This document shows positions 38,990 through 53,744 of a stretch of 64,000 nucleotides of DNA, piece by piece. The stretch is from NCBI RefSeq assembly GCF_006345805.1, contig NC_043021.1:8556001-8620000 (forward strand), read 5' to 3'. The position numbers and the translations under genes are program-made. The notes under the pieces were generated by a model. That model did not search any database. It saw nothing but the letters and a program-made list of their open reading frames with translations, and was not told the origin of the DNA. Every line of letters starts with the position of its first letter. Position 1 is the first letter of the stretch. This stretch comes from Octopus sinensis. Taxonomy: Eukaryota.

Positions 38990-40420
38990 AATCTTGTCAA
39001 GCAGAGAGAGTTATGGTTAGTTCAGATACCTATTTCTTTATTGCCCACAAGGGGCTAAACATAGAGGGGACAAACAAGGACAGACAAACGGATTAAGTCG
39101 ATTATATCGACCCCAGTGCGTAACTGGTACTTATTTAATCGACCCCGAAAGGTTGAAAGGCAAAGTCGACCTCGACGGAATTTGAACTCAGAACGTAACG
39201 GCAGACGAAATGCCGCTAAGCATTTCGCCCGGCGTGCTAACGTTTCTGCCAGCTCGCCGCCTTCTTAGTTCAGATACCACAGCGTGGCGTAGTATGTAAT
39301 CCAAGATTATAATGAAAAGGAAAAGTGATAAGAGGTCCTCTTAGAAAACTCCTGCTTTGACTGGGAATGTGTCGGTGTCTCATACGAAACTTTTGCGTTC
39401 TGCATAGATGGAGCGGATTTATAACTTAATTTGGTATACTATAAACAAAGAGAGTATAGGGCATTCGCTCACGGTGGACAGAGTCAAAAGCTTCGGCGAA
39501 ATCCACAAAGACAGCGCACACTGACACCTCTTTCTTTGCTGAGACGCTTTCAATGAGTTGGTGAAGAGTTAAAACAGGTCCAAGAGCGGAGCGGCCTTTG
39601 TGAACGTTGTTTTGATTTGATCTGAGTAGAGTTTCGATATAATCTCGAATACGACTGAGCATGACACTATTGAAAATTTTGGTTGAGCACTCGTCTTACA
39701 TACAGTCACAAATGTTCAGACTCTCATCACACACCTGAAGTCGGCTGCCATTGAAGTTAGTCTCGAAGACAAGGATCATAATCATAGGTGAAAATGCTGG
39801 TGTAGGCGATCTTACGCTTTCATCAAATCCATTGGGTCAGTTGACAATTTCTACTACAAGGGCTCATGCATTTGCTCTACCAGCACCGGAACAGATGTTA
39901 ACACTCGTAAAGTGATAACAGGGTAAGCATCTAGAAAGCTATGGGAAACTTAGAAAGCACCACAACTTTCCCGTGACCTAAAATTACGCCTGTTTCGTAC
40001 TGCAGTAGAATCTGTTCAACTCTACGGCTCTGAACGCTGGCTGTTTATAGTGATCCAATATTGATCACCAGACGACACATACACTCGATTTCTGCGCAAG
40101 GCCTTTGACATCTCTTATGCAGACCATGTGTCAAAGAAATCACTATATGGGTCTTTATCGCTCGTTAGCCAGATAATTAGCCAAAGACGGCTAAAATTCG
40201 CAGGTTACTGTCTTTGTCGAACAGATCAACCTGCCATTGCGCTGTTTTTCTAGAACTCCGTGAGGACATTCAAGCCTGCTAGTTAGGCCAGCATGACTTA
40301 TATCCGTGAAGTTTTTGCGAGACACAGGACTGTGCACTGTCATAATTGACTCACGCAATGTCTTCTTGCACAGCCTGGAAGGAAAGTTGCTCTCGAGTTG
40401 GAGTCGACGTCCACGAGCAG
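38990..40420. mobile_element. RTE-like LINE with 5' inversion
   Basis: 38990-39705 minus encodes the RT N-half (VFVDFAEAFDSVHR...ILDYILR); 39709 onward plus encodes post-YADD RT (LKLRLFRTAVESVQLYGSERW). Confidence 0.75.
39031..39264 (-). mobile_element. SINE A with TSD, inserted in the RTE remnant
   Basis: ttagttcagatacc at 39017-39030 and 39265-39278. Confidence 0.85.
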
Positions 40421-41946
40421 TGTAAAAGTCATCCTGAAACCTCCTCCAAATGCTTGTAGCAGAGTAAAACTCCACTAAAGTTACCAAGAAGCGGATAGCA
40501 CATGGCATCTCTGCTTGACACATTTCCATTCACCTAGACATTTTAATCGATCTCGAAAGAATAAAGCCATGTTTGACCTTGGTAGGATTTGAACATAGAC
40601 CTATTGACTATACTAATTTGGTAGCTAAAACAACAGCAACAACAATTGGAGGAGCAATGGCCCAGTGGTTAGGGCAGCGGACTCGCGGTTGGAGGATCGC
40701 AGTTTCGATTCCCAGACCGGGCGTTCTGTGTATTTATTGAGCGAAAACACCTAAAACTCCACGCAGCACCGGCAGGGGGTGGTGGAGACCCCTGTTGTAC
40801 TCTTTCGCTCCAACTTTCTCTCACTCTTTCTTTCTGTTTCTTGTCCCCGACTTCCTACGCAACCGCTGAACCTGGATGCGCATTCATCCAACCGTCGATG
40901 CTCTCGGTGTCGGCGGTTGACCTGCTTTCTCTTCTGCGGGTCTTACGAATAGCAAAGGACCATGTTTCGGACTTCTCCCAAACAAACAAACAGCAACAAC
41001 AACAATATCTGTATGCACGGCAAACTCCACTGAAATATAATATAACAGACAAGAGTACCTTCATGTAGTTATCCAACTAGCTCAATTCGACAACCCTTTC
41101 CCGTTATAAAAAAGTACACTAAGTTGGAGTTGGTATTTCAAATCCTATTTATTAAGAAATAGTAATAGGAGCACTCCGGTTACGACGATGAGGGTCCCAG
41201 CTGATACGATCAACGGAACAGCTTGCTCATGGAGTTAACGTGCAAGTGGCTGAGCATTCCACAGACACGTGTACCCTAAACGTAGTTCTCGAGGAGATTC
41301 AGTGTGACACAGAGTGTGACAAGGCTGGCCCTTTGAAATACAGGTACAACAGAAACAGGAAGAAAGAGTGAGAGAAAGTTGTGGGGAAAGAGTACAGCAG
41401 GGTTCACCATCCCCTGCAGGAGCCTTGTGAAGCTTTTGGTGTTTTCGCTCAATAAACACTCACAATGCCCGGTCTGGGAATCGAAACTGCGATCCTACGA
41501 CCATGAGTCCACTACCCTAACCACTGGGCCATTGCGCCTCCATTAAGAAATAATGAACACTAAAAAAAAGAAAATGGAAAATTAACAACTTCGTCTCCAT
41601 ATATTTTTTCTTTTTCTCCTTGCCACCTAAAGACTCAATTTCATTTTCTTTACTTGTATTTAAGTATTGCAGCGGGTCTAACTTGGCTGTTATTTTTCGC
41701 TCGGTTATTTACGTTATCTCTGTCCACAGGTTTCTTCGGAGAAGAACTGACCGGGATCAGAGAACAGAGGCAGCAACACCAGACGAATGGAAACAGCAAG
41801 GATCAATGATTGTGAACAGAAGTATACACAAAGTAAAATAATTTTAAAGGAAATTGAAGAAAGTGAAAAAAAGATAAAGATACCTACACATACACACAAA
41901 TGTATGTATGTAAGTATGTATGCATGTATGTATGTATGTATGTATA

Positions 41947-42152
<206 letters not shown>

Positions 42153-42164
42153 ATATATATATTA

Positions 42165-42200
<36 letters not shown>

Positions 42201-44201
42201 TATATATATATGAAGCTCAGATAGTAGAAATGAAACACCTTCAAACTAAGGTCAACAAGATAAAAGGATAAGAAAACAAACATAAATAATCTATATAGAG
42301 CAAAATATTTATGGAAAAAAAGAGATAAAAACAGATCAGTAGACATCTTTCGCTGTAATTTTAAAACTATATCGAATTTCTAAGAAGGCATTGAAAGATT
42401 TTGCGGCAAAATGAAAGGATGAAAGACTGATAATAAAACAGGCCCGAACAGATCAAATAAAAAAAACAATTATAACCGAAGGAAGACACATCAAAAACCA
42501 TGCATACAAAATAAAATTACTAAAGATAGTAAGATGGTTTAGTAAAGAAGAACTGAAGAACGTCAGGGAAAATATGTAAGCTTAAAATATCTTTAAATGT
42601 AATAAACCTTCAATGGAATTTTAGGCAAAATAGCGAAAGAGTGATCCCAGAAACAAATCCTCGATTAGGTCAAACAAGTACATCCAACTAAAACATAACA
42701 TCCGGATAACATGGTTCAAACAATACGCTATTTTAGCTCCGAATATTTTAAGGGTTATCGAACCAGTACTATTTTTAAAATATCTGTTCTTTATTTCGGT
42801 TTAAAAAGCACGGCCAGACCATGCTGGAGTTAATGTTTCTCGATGTATCACAACTAAAAGCTCATTATATTATAAATATATGGCAACGGCAAGTTTGAAG
42901 TTTGATTAGGAATAACTGATCAGGTAAAATGAAAGACTGGAACGGTGAGTCAATGAGTGAGTATCCACGAGGGAGTATCTACGAGGTCGTGCGATCAAAT
43001 CCCACTTAAACCATCTTCTGATGTCTGAAAAAAGTAAGGGTACATTAGAAATCCTCTCGAAATAAGTGTGATGGTCACGGCTTGAATGCTTGCAATCATA
43101 AGTCGGCTGACTTATGATCGATTCGGAGCCAAAGAACAAGGACAAATTAGCGACGGAGCTCCGAAAAGGATTCTCTAATTTTCCCCTTTCGTGTGACACT
43201 TTGACAGAATAATTTCGTAAGGCAAAGACACGGCATGCAGTAAATGTGAGAAAACACTTGAGATGACCAATTCTTCTCTTTTGGGTAACTTGAAGTAAGG
43301 CACAAAATCAAAGCATCCGTATCAAATAAAAACTGCATCTGAAATAAGATGTTGGGCCAAAACCTCACACAAAACGGATAAAACAACCAAATCAAAAGGA
43401 TATACGATAAACAAGTCTTGCTTACATCGAGGCATTGGGGAGTTATAAAACAATGAAGGAGTTTGTTGAAATAGGATGCATTGAAACTAAGAATGTAACA
43501 TAAACTATTGTCATTGTTGTGTAGATAAACAAACTATGTTGTCATTAGGGGAATGAATATGATTCTAAGAATGGCTTTCTGCTACTTTCTCACTGTCAAT
43601 AATGCAGTGAACCATTGACTTTCTTGTCGATAATGTAGTAACGAACTACGCCATTGTCCACACAAGCTGGTTTGAAAAGTATAAATAACGGCGCTATTGT
43701 TCACAATTAACGATGTAAAATAAATACAAGTCTGGTATGGTCACATCAATGAGATTAAACACGTGGGAGAGAAACTGAAATTAGACTGTTCCGTCAGAGA
43801 AGTAATGCATAATAAAGTGTCATGAACTCACAAATAAACCTATGTTGTGTCTCTATTGAAGTTATGGAATTATTTTCTATTAATAACTAAGCTGAGAAAA
43901 ATCACTGAGACCTAACAAGCTAATAAGATATGGCAGCAAAAAAAATCAGAAAATAAATTACATGTTGACGATAATGGATGTAATTATGTCAGATGTGGGA
44001 TGATCAATGTAAAGAAATAATGTAAACAAAGAAGGTGAAGAGAAAAAAACGAGTCCAATTACATTGGTGAGGTGGAATATATAGTAGAAGGACATGACAA
44101 CGAAAAGAAAAAAAACCCATAGAAATAGCTGATGAGCAGCTGGTGGTAACTGCTTCATAGTAAGTAAAGAAAAGTGAGGACATCCTAACACACGCACACT
44201 G

Positions 44202-44257
<56 letters not shown>

Positions 44258-46263
44258 ACACGCACACACAGGTAGGAGGAGAAGTAAGAATGAAGTTAAA
44301 GCACCACGAAGAGTAGTTTCCGACGTTTCTGAAAAAAGTCTTTCTTCAAGGTTGAAATAAAAGTTGGAGAGGGAAGACAAGGTTTATGTCCTCTCTGCCA
44401 CAGTGACCGAAGTACTGATGGGAAACGTAAAAGAATGTGCACAATCTATTATATAAAATCCGTTCTGTCTGTATGTATGTGTGCCTTCTATGATCTCGGG
44501 CATCCTCCATCCGATTGCGCTCAAATTTGATATGTAGATACCGACGGTATCAGGGCGTGTATAAGTCTTGAAAAAATTACATAAATCGATTCCAGGTGAG
44601 AATGCAATCGATAAAGCCGTTCTCCCAGTCAACAGCCTTATCATTACTGGTACTTTAAACTCTTCGGTTGCTTATTTGTGTGAATAAAATCGTTTTTCTT
44701 TGGAATAGAAAAAAAGTCTATCGTTATTTCTTCTTTTACTGGTGTCTCAAATTTAGGTTAAATCAGTGTTTCTCAAAGGGGAGGCCTTATGGGACGGTCG
44801 GACAAGATGTTTTGAGAAAATTTGGTTTAAATGTTTTTCAACTCAGCACCGTCCATTGGACGGGGGGCGTTTTGCTCGTAGTACATATTGTAACTTGGAA
44901 CCGGTGATAGTCATGGTGTTGCATCTATGGCAGGCACATTCAAAATTAGCTGGTGGTGTGTTTAGGTGGGGTATATGCTGATCGGAGTCATTATGGAGTC
45001 ATTGAATGGGATTTGGAATTTGCAGATGAGTATGTGTTTCAATGAGAGGGTGGAGAAGCAGAAAGTGAAGGCGAGTGGCATCAGATCCAAGATTTGTATA
45101 GCATGATTAATGGCCCGGGCCCTGTGGGATGTGGAGTCTACATCAGACTAAGAATATACTCGACTGAAGAGGTGTCGGGTGTTTTCGAATTTGGATTTGA
45201 AATCTGAATTAATGCTACAATATCAAAGAAAACGGAGAAATGGAAGACTGGTAAATCGGGTCTGGTATTTTTGGGGTGGATGTCAATGAGCTTGTAGTGG
45301 CCGAAAGTGGACTGATGGGTATTGTCGATAGTAACGGAGATGTTTGATATTGTAGAGATGAACTCTAGAACGTTAGCGAAACGAGTTAATAACAGGAATT
45401 AAGCTATAGGTTTGTTGTCTGGAGGGTGTGCAAGCACTGGACACAGTAGTCGTCAATATAGCGACTCTGCAGCTCTGTACATCTCTGTAGTGTGGAGGCA
45501 CATAGCCTAGTGGTTAGAGCAGTGGACTTGCGGTCGAGGGATCGCGGGTTCGAATCTCAGACCGGGCGATGTGTGTGTTTATGAGCGAAACACATGAGCC
45601 ACACGCGGCTCTGGCAGAAGGTAATGGCGAACTTCTGCTGACTCTTTCGCCACAACTTTCTCTCACTCTTTCCTCCTGCATCTTGCAGCTCACCTGTGAC
45701 GGAGCGGCGTCCCGTCCAGGTTGGGAACCTATACGTCAAGAAACCTGGAAACCGGCCCTTATGAGCCAGGCATGGCTCGAGAAGGAACAAACATAACATC
45801 GTACATCTCTGTACAGCTCGAGGCTGGCAAGATCAGTTTGGCGTGGTGTGAAGCGGTAAGTTCTTGTAGAGGTTAGCGATCTAAGAAATATTTAAGGTTT
45901 GATAGGCCGTCGCTTTTGCGGGGTAGGACTGTAAAAAAATACCTTGATGTCTGCCATGACAAGTAAGAAAACTATTTGAGAAGGCCAGGGAAGATCAGGG
46001 AATCAGTTGGGTAACGCTGAGAGGTACGAGGAGAGGCGATCCATTGGAAAGTTGGTATTTTCTAGTTTGTGGCTATTAAGACGCAAGTAAACAGTGCAGG
46101 CTGGGAGCGTGGTTACCATGTGGTTAATAGTAGGGACGGAGGAGAGTAAGTTCAGGGGAAATGAGTTCAAGCCCGGTGGTGAAGATTTGAGACTAGTTGA
46201 AGTTGCTGGTGGAATCTTTCGCTAGGTGTTAGTGAGTTGGCTTCTTTTTACCGTATATATAAT

Positions 46264-46306
<43 letters not shown>

Positions 46307-46314
<8 letters not shown>

Positions 46315-46739
46315 TAAGGGCTCCTAAATAAAGATGCCGAGTGCTGGGAACACAAAAAGGGGATGAATTATCGAGAGTGAAAATCAAAAACGTTTACCGA
46401 TAACTTTAACAACTCGTACCGCGGTTTCTGCTTCTTTCTAGCAAAACACAGAATATGTTTGCTAAGGCCAGCTTCATCAGCGAGTTGCCTGAATTTAATC
46501 GAGGTCTGCAGCGATGTGGGGCTATACGTTAAACCCGACTACTAGCAGATCTTAACTTTTCAAATCTCTGAAGCTGGCCTTAGCAAACATATTCTGTGTT
46601 TTGCTAGAAAGAAGCAGAAACCGCGGTACGAGTTGTTAAAGTTATCGGTAAACGTTTTTGATTTTCACTCTCGATAAATTCATCCCCTTTTTGTGTTCCC
46701 AGCACTCGGCATCTTTATTTAGGAGCCCTTAATTGTATA
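46307..46739. mobile_element. Penelope-like fold-back element, about 170-bp inverted arms with 92-bp spacer
   Basis: Arms 46307-46476 and 46569-46739 differ by one indel; hammerhead spans the left arm/spacer boundary; adjacent (TA)n. Confidence 0.7.
46410..46487 (-). ncRNA. Type I hammerhead ribozyme with palindromic stem III
   Basis: CAACUCG-CUGAUGA-long stem II-GAAAC CGCG GUA-CGAGUUG; perfect 7-bp stem I, predicted cleavage 46417/46416. Confidence 0.85.
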
Positions 46740-46845
46740 ACTACATGAATAATATTTTTCTATATGAATAATATTTTTGTCTTATGACTAATTCGTCTTT
46801 TGTGCTGGGCACCTGGTAGTAAATAATATTACTACCCTTCTTGTT

Positions 46846-46892
<47 letters not shown>

Positions 46893-47009
46893 GTGTGTGT
46901 GTGTGTGTGTGTGGTGTGGTGTGTGTGTGTTGTGTGTGTGTGTGTGTGTATGTATGTGTGGTGTGTGTGTGGTGTGTGGTGTGTGTGTGTGTGTGTGTAT
47001 GTGTGTGTA

Positions 47010-47077
<68 letters not shown>

Positions 47078-47084
47078 GTGTGTA

Positions 47085-47133
<49 letters not shown>

Positions 47134-47134
47134 T

Positions 47135-47400
47135 GAGGGCGCATAGCTTAGTGGTCAGGGTGTTGCACTCACGATCTCGCATTCGTGATTTCAATACCTA
47201 GATCGGGTAGTGCGTTGTGTTCTTGAGCAAGACACTTCATCTCACGTTGCTCCGCGATCATTTCGACACACCCTGAACCTGTTGAGCCAACGTCGATTTG
47301 AAAGAGAGAGAGTGAGCTTATGTGTGGCGTGGACATTTGATCACTATAACCGAATCATTTGTGCAGGTCGTTCGGCTAAAGCTGAATGCTCATACATCGT
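47135..47400 (+). mobile_element. tRNA-derived SINE family E; fragments at about 57900-58010 and 58255-58385 (-)
   Basis: tagcttagtggtcaggg head; shared tail. Confidence 0.6.
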
Positions 47401-47509
47401 CTTCAACGGCAGAGTCCATCATGTATATATGTAACAAGAAGTTGGAAAACTTTCTAGTATTATTTAGAAAGTTACTCTTTTACTTGTTTCAGTCATTTGA
47501 CCGTGGCCA

Positions 47510-47960
47510 CAGGGGCTAAACACAGAGAAGATAAACAAGGACAGACAAACGGATTAAATCGATTATATCAACCCCAGTGCGTAAATGGTACTTAATTTAT
47601 GGATCTCGAAAGGATGAAAGGCAAAGTCGACCTCGGCGGAATTTGAACTCAGAACGTAGCGGCAGACAAAATACCTATTTCTTTACTATCCACAAGGGGT
47701 TTAACACAGAGAGAACAAACAAGGACAGACAAACGGATTAAGTAGATTATATCGACCCCAGTGCGTAACTGGTACTTAATTTATCGATCTCGAAAGGATG
47801 AAAGGCAAAGTCGACCTCGGTGGAATTTGAACTCAGAACGCAAAGGCAGACGAAATACGGCTACGCATTTCGCCCGGCGTGGTAACGTGTCTGCCAGCTC
47901 ACCGCCCTACCGCTAAGTATTTCGCCCGGCGTGCTAACGATTCTACCAGCTCGCTCGCCT
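47510..47960 (-). mobile_element. SINE A dimer
   Basis: Same junction as the other multimers. Confidence 0.8.
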
Positions 47961-48308
47961 CATTTGTCATTCTATCGACTGAAAGTCCTATGGCGATGGA
48001 AGAATGGCGACCGATGAAGACTTAACTAGTTGAAAGCGCATTGTAAGTTACAACTTCCGTTTGTTGCCTATGCTCCAATAACATGCAGATTAGCAATGGA
48101 ACTGAATTTGAGGGGTTATAGACAGAAAGTTAGAAATGCTATTGACTATGAAAAGCATGAAGAGATGATAACCAGCTGTAAAAATGGAGCAATCACCATG
48201 CGTGTATGTGAAATACACAAAGTTAAATTGATATTGCATTATGCAATAATAGAAGAAATATCAACTTCACAAAATACAATGTATGTGTTAACCAAAAGGA
48301 AGGAAATA

Positions 48309-48815
48309 TCTATATATATAAAACTCTAGTTGTGTGAGTGTCTGTCCCCTTCGATTTAGATTCCTAACTCCTCCCACATTTTGCGGTGCAGTTTAACCAA
48401 ATTCGGGTATCTTATAGTCGTGATTCATATCGAGCCCGTCTGACTATTAGCGCGCGTCAACGATGAGTCTACGATTTTAAAAAAATAATTAACATCATTT
48501 TTTATTCCATTTTAATGCATAAAATGCATCGTATGTCGATGGCGGCGGAGTTGGCGTCCACGCTCACAGCTGCACCTGTTTGCTTCTCCCCCTTCCCTCC
48601 CTCGTGAAGCTGTGGGGAAGGGAGTGTAAAGAAATCAACGTGGTAATGCATTGTGAAGGAAACCAGCGTTCTTTTAGAACAACGACTTCATGGCTTGAAG
48701 ACACCAAAACAAAAATGGCTAAGAAAGCCCGAATTTATAAGGGAAGTAACTCTCTAAAAATGCTTATATAGTTATTTCCCTTACAAACCCGAGCAACGCC
48801 GGGCGATACTGCTAG
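48309..48815 (+). mobile_element. Non-autonomous Helitron-like element
   Basis: Highly similar to 6672-7185; TC...CTAG ends. Confidence 0.8.
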
Positions 48816-48943
48816 TATATATATTTGTGAATTTCATATGAACTCCAGCATAAAAATTGATAAATATTAACGAAAACAGAGAATGAACCAATGAAAAAAT
48901 AACAGAACCTCTAATAAACATGTAATCGCTAAAATATCTATCA

Positions 48944-49000
<57 letters not shown>

Positions 49001-49049
49001 CCTACCTACCTACCTACCTACCTACCTACCTACCTACCTACCTACCTAC

Positions 49050-49098
<49 letters not shown>

Positions 49099-49099
49099 A

Positions 49100-49149
<50 letters not shown>

Positions 49150-50229
49150 ATGAGTCCATAAAAACACATACAAGTGCATACACACATATTAATACCGTAA
49201 AATATCAAAAGAATGAAGGCAAAAATTTACTCCACTTAATCAGACGAAGAAAAGAAAAAAAAATATTTGGCAGATGGTGTTAGTAGTGGGTGGGTGCGTG
49301 TGTGAGTGACAGACAAGAAGTATAAAGGAAATTACAGCAGAAGAAAAGAGGAAATTAAGGAAGAACTCTGTAGGAAATGAAATAATTGAAAATAAACCTC
49401 ATCTAAAGCGGAAATAGAGGTTTGGAGAAAGATACGAGGAGGGCAGTGGGAGGAGGCAGAGAAAGGTAACAGAAATCAGTATGAACTAATTAATTCAACA
49501 TGAGGGGTTAATACTAGTGGTTCATTGAATTAACGTCTGGTCTATTCTTGCTGCTAGAAATAGTGACTATGCCTCAATCTGATCAGATCATATCCGTCCA
49601 CAACCATTGGCCTTGGAAACAAGCGGTAAAGAACAAACTGGATTACGCAGTCGTGGGATATACCGATAGCACCAGCACCAACACCAGCAGCAGCAGCAGC
49701 AGCACCCCCGCCGCCGCCACCACTACAAACCCCCACCACCACCACCACACCACCACCACCGCCACCACCGCCAACCACCACCACCACCACCACCACCGCC
49801 GCCGCCACCGCCCACCACCACCACCGACCACCACCACCACCACCGCCGCCACCACCACCACCACCCCACCACCACACCACACCACCACCACCACACCGCC
49901 ACCACCACCATAATCGTTTTAACGTCTCCTTTTCCGTGCTTGCCTGAATCGGACGGAATTCGCTACGGCAGACGATCTTCTGTCGGATGCCTTTGCTGTC
50001 GCTAACCCCTTGTTTCCTCAGTAAGTTAATATTTTTCCAGGGCTTTCATCAAAAAACAACGTTAAGATAAAGGGACGGTAACACGCACGCACACATACAC
50101 AAGCATATGCACACATACATACATACACACACACATACATACATACATACACACACATACATACATACATACATACATACATACATACATACATACATAC
50201 ATACATACACACAAACATGCACACACATA

Positions 50230-50870
50230 TACAGCTATGTGTGTCTGTCTTTGAGTTTGTGTTTGTCCCTCGTCACCGCTTGACGAGCGGTGATGGTTTG
50301 TTTATATCTGCGTATCTTAGCGGTTATATATGTGTGTGTGTTTGTGTGTCTGTGTTTGCCCCCCCCCCCGCAACATCGCTTGACAACCGATGCTTTTGTG
50401 TTTACGTCTCCGTAACCTAGCGGTTCGGCAAAACAGACCGATAGAATAAGTACAAGGCTTACAAAGAATAAGTCTTGGGGTCGGTTTGCTCGACTAAAGG
50501 CGGTACTCCAGCATAGCCACAGTGAAATGGCTGAAACAAATAAAAGAGTAAAAAGAGTATATACGAGAGTTAAGGAATTGAGTATCCGAACTACATATGT
50601 CACGGGGACGTAAACACACCAGCATCGGTTGTCAAGTGATGTTGGGGTACAAACACAGACACACAAACATATACACATGCACATACATATATATATACAT
50701 ATATACGACGGGCTTCTTTCAGTTTCCGTCTACCAAATCCACTCACAAGGCTTTGGTCGGCCTGAGGCTATAGTAGAAGACACTTGCCCAAGGTGCCACG
50801 CTGTGAGACTGAACCCCGAACCATGTGGTTGGTAAGCAGGCTACTTACCACACAGCAATCCTACGCCTAT
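50230..50870. mobile_element. Two opposed SINE B pieces (+ then -)
   Basis: Family match on both strands. Confidence 0.75.
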
Positions 50871-51714
50871 TTGCATGTCATATTTGATAAAGATATTGTG
50901 TGCCTCTTTATCTATTGTGTCAAGGCTGTAGGATCAAATATGAGGAAAAATTAGCTAATACCTTTTATTTTTTTTATATCTTTTACTTGTTTCAATCATT
51001 GGACTGCGACCATGTTGAGTTACCACTTTGAAGAAATTAGTCGACCAAAGCTATACCAGATTCATATTAATGCCCAGTGCTTATTCAAATTTCTGTTTTG
51101 CCAAATCGCTACGATAGGTGGACGTGCTCAAACGAACAACAATTGTCAAATGGTGGAGAGGGGGAAAACCCCCACACACTTACGCACACATGCAAGGAGA
51201 TTCCACGCAGAATCCGTCTACTAAATTCACTCAGAAAGCATTCTTTGGCTAGAGGCTATAGTAGAGGACACTTGCCCATGATTGAGAGCAGTGGGGCTGA
51301 AGCCTTAACCACGTGGTCGCAAAGCCATGGATAGAAAGTCGAACGACCATGTAGAAACTGCCCACTCTTGTGGGTCGTATAGTCTCGATTGTAGAAATAA
51401 AACTCAGTCGTTATAAAATAGTAATAACAGAAGGTGGAGCATGAACGTTATTTCGATGAGGTATAGTCGAATATAGGGCACTATACAAGGATATTGTAAT
51501 TCCTGGAGTTGATGGAAGAATTTACAGTCGTTTGTTAGGAGGCAGGAAAGTGTAGTCATCACAACTGACTTAGCCCAGCACAAATCTCACTGCGGGTTCC
51601 AGGAGAAAGACTTAAACCAAAATCTTTTGTTTTCTCTGCCAGCGTAACCTTGAAATAAATTCAATACTTTTTCCGTATCATTTGTTCATCTGTGTAATGC
51701 CATTTAAATATATA

Positions 51715-52128
51715 TTTCTTTACTACCCACCAGGGGCTAAACACAGAGGGGGCAAACAAGGACAGACAAAGGGATTAAGTCGATTATATCGACCCCAGTG
51801 CGTGACTGGTACTTATTTAATCGACCCCTAAAGGATGAAAGGCAAAGTCGACCTCGGCGGAATTTGAACGCAGAACGTAACGACAGACGAAATACCTATT
51901 TCTTTACTACCCACAAGGGGCTAAAAACAGAGGAGACAAACAAGGACAGACAAACGGATTAAGTCGATTATATCGACCCCAGTGCGTAACTGGTACTTAT
52001 TTAATCGACCCCGAAAGGATGAAAGGCAAAGTCGACCTCGGCGGAATTTGAACTCAGAACGTAACGACAGACGAAATACCGCTAAGCATTTCGCCCGGCG
52101 CGCTAACGTTTCTGCTAGCTTGCCGCCT
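51715..52128 (-). mobile_element. SINE A dimer
   Basis: Same junction as the other multimers. Confidence 0.85.
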
Positions 52129-53294
52129 TAAATATGCCATTTACATATAAGTGTTTGTTCTACTTAGCCAAATACAGTTCTGTAACTGGTTGCAGTTCTT
52201 CATCTCAGGGGAATTGTCTGCCTCTCAAATGGTATTTCAAACTGATAACAGCCACAACGCACAAGATCTACTAACTAGGTTGGCTGTGCTAGCTCTTCAG
52301 AGTCACACTAGAGCCATGTAAGCTGGTACATTGTGAAGAAGCGAGAAACCCGCACTAGAAATTCTATGTAAGCAATAAATATGTATCTTTCGAACTCTAA
52401 TTTCAGTCAGAAGTGTCTGTTTGACTAAAAAACCTAAGTGGAAACCAATTATGATTGATTAAAGTGTAAGTGAAAAAAATTAACCCTTGAAGAATTATCA
52501 ATAAAAATTCTTGACGCTTGAAACACGACATTCTCATGGGAAGAAAACAAATATATAAGCTTAGATGACCTCTAGAGAGTTTTGGGTTTTACATTTTCAA
52601 ATAATTTTTCTTTCTTTAACATTTTACGTAGTTCAACCTACGTGGAGGCGCAATGGCCCAGTGGTTAGAGCAGCGGACTCGCGGTCATAGCATCGAGGTT
52701 TCGATTTCCAGACCGGGCGTTGTGAGTGTTTATTGAGCGAAAACACCTAAAGCTCCACGAGGCTCCGGCAGGGGATGGTGGTGATCCCTGCTGTACTCTT
52801 TCACCACAACTTTCTCTCACTCTTACATCCTGTTTCTGTTGTACCTGTATTTCAAAAGGCCGGCCTTGTCACTATGTGTCACGCTGAATATCCCCGAGAA
52901 CTACGTTAAGGGTACACGTGTCTGTGGAGTGCTCAGCCACTTACACGTTAATTTCACGAGCAGGCTGTTCCGTTGATTCGGATCAACCGGAACCCTCGTC
53001 GTCGTAACCGACGGAGTGCTTCCACAGTTCAACCTACACGAGTGAATGAGTGGAAAACAAAATAGGAATTTTGAAAGAAGTTTCTATAAAACTAGTTTTT
53101 AAACACCGAATAGTTATAGGGGTCCACCAGAATAAAATAGTAAGCAAAGGGGCCTATAGACAAAAAAAACCGTTAAGAACCCCCGAGTTATAGGATTAAA
53201 CAAACAACCCATATTAAAAGGCTGTAGATGATTTATCGTTATTAAGATTATAGTTACTTGGACTAATTAATCTTATTTTAACTATCAATGTTTT

Positions 53295-53705
53295 ATACTC
53301 TTACTCTTTTACTCTTTTACTTGTTTCAGTCATTTGACTGCGGCCATGCTGGAGCACCGCCTTTAATCGAGCAACTCGACCCCTGGACTTATTCTTTGTA
53401 AGCCCAGTACTTATTCTATCGGTCTCTTTTTGCCGAACCGCTAAGTTACGGGGACATAAATACACCAGCATCGGTTGTCAAGCAATGCTAGGGGAACAAA
53501 CACAGACACACAAACACACACACATACATATATATACATATATATGACGGGCTTCTTTCAGTTTCCGTCTACCAAATCCACTCATAAGGCTTTGGTCGGC
53601 TCGAGGCTATAGTAGAAGACACTTGCCCAAGGTGCCACGCAGTGGGACTGAACCCGGAACCATGTGGTTTGCAAACAAGCTACTTACCACACAGCCACTC
53701 CTGCA
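53295..53705 (-). mobile_element. SINE B
   Basis: Full-length match. Confidence 0.85.
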
Positions 53706-53744
53706 CCTTATATTTTTACATTTTACATTTTACATAATTTTTAT

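Noticed and set aside
41730-41820. Plus-strand exon-like segment after tctctgtccacag
   Set aside because: No partner exons or homology; adjacent sequence looks like decayed repeat
43147-43395. ORF containing DALILCL, superficially like Hv S1
   Set aside because: Residues before the Asp are not hydrophobic and there is no compatible donor
44129-44165. CTGATGA followed by a GCAG/CTGC hairpin
   Set aside because: No GAAA or stem III follows; not a hammerhead
44316-44353. Hammerhead-like UUGAAGA...GAAACGUC on the minus strand
   Set aside because: Core mutated and stems I/II barely pair; at most a decayed relic
44900-46250. Possible old LINE fragment split by a SINE
   Set aside because: No diagnostic motif readable by eye; left unannotated
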